A stretch of DNA of 41,358 nucleotides from Stramenopiles sp. TOSAG23-3 (lineage: Eukaryota), in assembly GCA_900128585.1 (NCBI GenBank), contig LT642178.1, forward strand, positions 1 to 41,358, in the 5' to 3' direction. A model generated the notes under the pieces. It searched no databases, was not told the DNA's origin, and saw nothing but the letters and a program-made list of their open reading frames with translations. The position numbers and the translations under genes were made by a program. The stretch's first letter is position 1. Each line of letters opens with the position of its first letter. Of the stretch, positions 39,901 through 41,358 are shown one piece after another.

Positions 39901-41358
39901 TCAGAAAACATTACTTCGTAGCCATAAACGCCTGTCTCTTTCGTCATTAGGTTGTTGTATGATTCCCCCCCTTCTCCTATCAACACTAGCCTAGACGTTA
40001 AATATATCCCAAATTCGTCGCACTTGGCCTTGACGTCTTTAGGTGCCCCCAATTTGGAACAATAGCTCGTTATGGCGGGCGCGATTCTCTCTTGGGCGTA
40101 CATGGTAGCAATGCAGTTTTCGTAGTCCTGGCCTATCGGTTTCTCTTCAAAGTCGCACTTGTTGCACGTTTTTATGGGTGGTGGCATATTTTTCCGCTTT
40201 CGACAAGACTGTCCCAAGTGCATGTCCCCGAACTGATACTGCCGATTGCAATACCGGTGTGGCATGCACATGCCTACCTTGTAGTCCCATGTGCAATCCT
40301 TGTCTTTGTGTTCCGCTTCAAAGTCCCCCGTTGTGCCCGGGCGAACTCTGCACGAAGTATCCAACCGCATATCCCACAATTTTGGCTGATACTGGCAGTG
40401 TGCTTCGTTCATGCATTTGCCCACCTTTTGGAAGTTGTACTTGCAGTCGGCATCCGTCCATTTCTTCTTGTCGTCTACAGCTCTTTTCCGGTCTCGGTTA
40501 AGAGCTTCTTGGACGATCCCAAGAATTGTGCGTGCCGGCTTGAGCTCGGTGATTTTGTTCGGCCTTTCTGTGTCTTTGCCACCGCAATTTGCGGTTGCCC
40601 ACGTTTCGGCGGCTTTATAATCACTCATCACAACATTAGCGATGGTTTTAACGATACCTTGAGCAGTCAAGAAACTGGCTGCAGTGCATTGACCGCCCGA
40701 TGGTTTCATTGCGAGCATCTCGGCGACTTTGGGGTCCGAGTCGGCCACCAGACCAACGTGACGGGTTTTTTCGTACTCCATTCGCAGACTTTTGGGGTTA
40801 TTGCAATACTTGTCAATGCCGTCAAAAATGGTCCGTGTTTCCGTCTCCCGTGCTTTGGCAGCAGCTCGGACAAACATGTTCAGAGAGTCGCCTATAGTAA
40901 TCATTGTGTACCAATTTTCGCCCGGGAAGTTCATGGAAGAAACGGCAGAAGCGTGGTTGCATAGGACCCTACAGGACGAAAAACTTTCGCCCTCTTTAAT
41001 GTTCGATAGGCACATCTCTGTATTGCATTTGGAAAAATCAAACGACAAGCCGTCTGTATATCTCGCAGCGAGTAATCCTATGATGTCTTTCATGCGAGTA
41101 TTGACGTTGTCATTTGTGTTATCTTGGACGTCGTTGCTGTAAAATGAATCACACGCCTTTTGCGCATCTTCCTCGCTGGAGGAGCCTTCCGTTCCCTGGA
41201 ACAAAATTTTGCACGATTCCCTGGGCAGAGTCATCGGTTGCCTCATTGCCGAGTCTGGGTTGCCCTGTTGCGTAGTGATAAACCGGAAGACAAAGGTCAA
41301 AAAGTTGTTGATTTTGACATCGTTATCTGCCTCGTTCCTGTAGTATTCGCACATAGAA
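36924..41358 (-). CDS. Large cysteine-rich, probably secreted, protein with five ~33-aa 4-Cys repeats (5'-partial)
   Basis: Open frame of more than 1476 codons that continues off the window edge, with repeated C.W...C.P..C...D..L.QSCR units. Confidence 0.85.
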   Translation of the reverse strand, partial: SMCEYYRNEADNDVKINNFLTFVFRFITTQQGNPDSAMRQPMTLPRESCKILFQGTEGSSSEEDAQKACDSFYSNDVQDNTNDNVNTRMKDIIGLLAARYTDGLSFDFSKCNTEMCLSNIKEGESFSSCRVLCNHASAVSSMNFPGENWYTMITIGDSLNMFVRAAAKARETETRTIFDGIDKYCNNPKSLRMEYEKTRHVGLVADSDPKVAEMLAMKPSGGQCTAASFLTAQGIVKTIANVVMSDYKAAETWATANCGGKDTERPNKITELKPARTILGIVQEALNRDRKRAVDDKKKWTDADCKYNFQKVGKCMNEAHCQYQPKLWDMRLDTSCRVRPGTTGDFEAEHKDKDCTWDYKVGMCMPHRYCNRQYQFGDMHLGQSCRKRKNMPPPIKTCNKCDFEEKPIGQDYENCIATMYAQERIAPAITSYCSKLGAPKDVKAKCDEFGIYLTSRLVLIGEGGESYNNLMTKETGVYGYEVMFSEYAFATIPGAKAEFYGRSADIGSMAQLANYDDIPEAVLARTLSTMSMRHGMKEVFETINGEVLNIIANWQTYKMGDDPRYKRLHDLLNNDKIREGIMKDLVDLKRGIPKNIYFRSNIAWGEKRKTDLHKFFTAALETIEIQRVIDAVSIASNSKDNSSPLKSELNNFELDCTFTDVQYFQMLTRVEFEYETGIKQRTTARVVTRMLEAFRHSLKTRQSSPPTGFLELNGSPAKPEKRAAPTNVVPMHEMNSEGRIFTPYHVLYGGTKNWLRLRSLPEFSFLNVVYKQSTYPYNHGKMPYDEFFKASDLEATCADPNAPPEAMTGGGVKPQEGTVASKKDGNEGGTGGVEDDLSFIERGFVGTKKEKKTDQQGTLQPEKEPVSSEEEEEAEDMVTPMEEKDCKWDGRQARCVPLNSCEFVPQSTDFSMTQRCRNKKNITAVEKPKPDKPKEGKSWFTWTKDPKMDGKCCLYGSTCFRCQHGSKYVRPHVCASSRKCKVAEVEPTDSSEQLTDNDCTWSVPKATCVTADDRQKEGVCSWQFRWGDRTLRQSCRPNDKGIVRYDNSGADVDPNLPPQSDKGCFWSYSLDICMPKEHCKRKFKWGDTHLGQSCRLKKEYEKNTLESDRAIGEAINLVNCGLRSVVEGSPDQGMDIYRICSSGSWELSSESCPDGKTCSNAPEKVCQAKGFGWDTKFLKNNHGKPLDIKFSVPMSFKRSETRAGEYHFISLSTPQKTALENTLSTGGLPANELTNEKKALCEICQLQFHEKVSDRRMKNNDYEYDSDICKKACDHFMTSGRRTCYQSCERMLSKQRDPMGSSLDIFDKICIKSKSTLSPKTLTDLRSKSNQGKRFLDCSPTMAKKFLWKFAPTNFILKNALSIAKKKGTANVDIQFAGFKGVKKGTLLKQYLMAIKYENKDLKIESTMDPCDMSHLGYCPYFYKPVEHLFAHDLKKKYADDAAKKKLENLSEEEKIKIKAEKEVQKLKAGMEASEKK

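Noticed and set aside
40092-40964. 290-aa plus-strand ORF and the many other nested or antisense ORFs
   Set aside because: Shadows of real CDSs on the opposite strand, with no recognisable motifs.

Overview
This is eukaryotic nuclear DNA from a compact, apparently intron-free or intron-poor genome. It has GC-richer single-exon CDSs separated by very AT-rich, microsatellite-laden spacers, plus five N-gaps (2719-2733, 4421-4462, 8870-8889, 9415-9470, 25784-25842). Domain content suggests a protist, possibly a stramenopile (inference). About 17 protein genes are present, in order: IQ-motif protein (disrupted), PDI/thioredoxin (frameshifted), NEK kinase, ALDH9/betaine-aldehyde dehydrogenase, F-box-kinesin fusion, ER J-domain-like protein, TMTC mannosyltransferase overlapped by a small mitochondrial-type ORF, ankyrin protein, NPF/DPF adaptor, RPS4, prolyl-4-hydroxylase-VHL fusion, EMC4, PTPMT1-like phosphatase, PH protein, RUN-PX-Rubicon-homology protein and a large Cys-repeat protein. 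The most notable non-gene structure is as follows. (1) A modular repeat family sits in the convergent (tail-to-tail) spacers and carries a coding-like remnant and a 30-bp perfect inverted repeat. (2) A separate GGTACC-rich motif sits 250-460 nt upstream of genes. (3) Two GC-rich structured islands could be ncRNAs, one with a K-turn-like motif. (4) There is a ~217-nt near-perfect hairpin. All calls are by eye; no searches were run.
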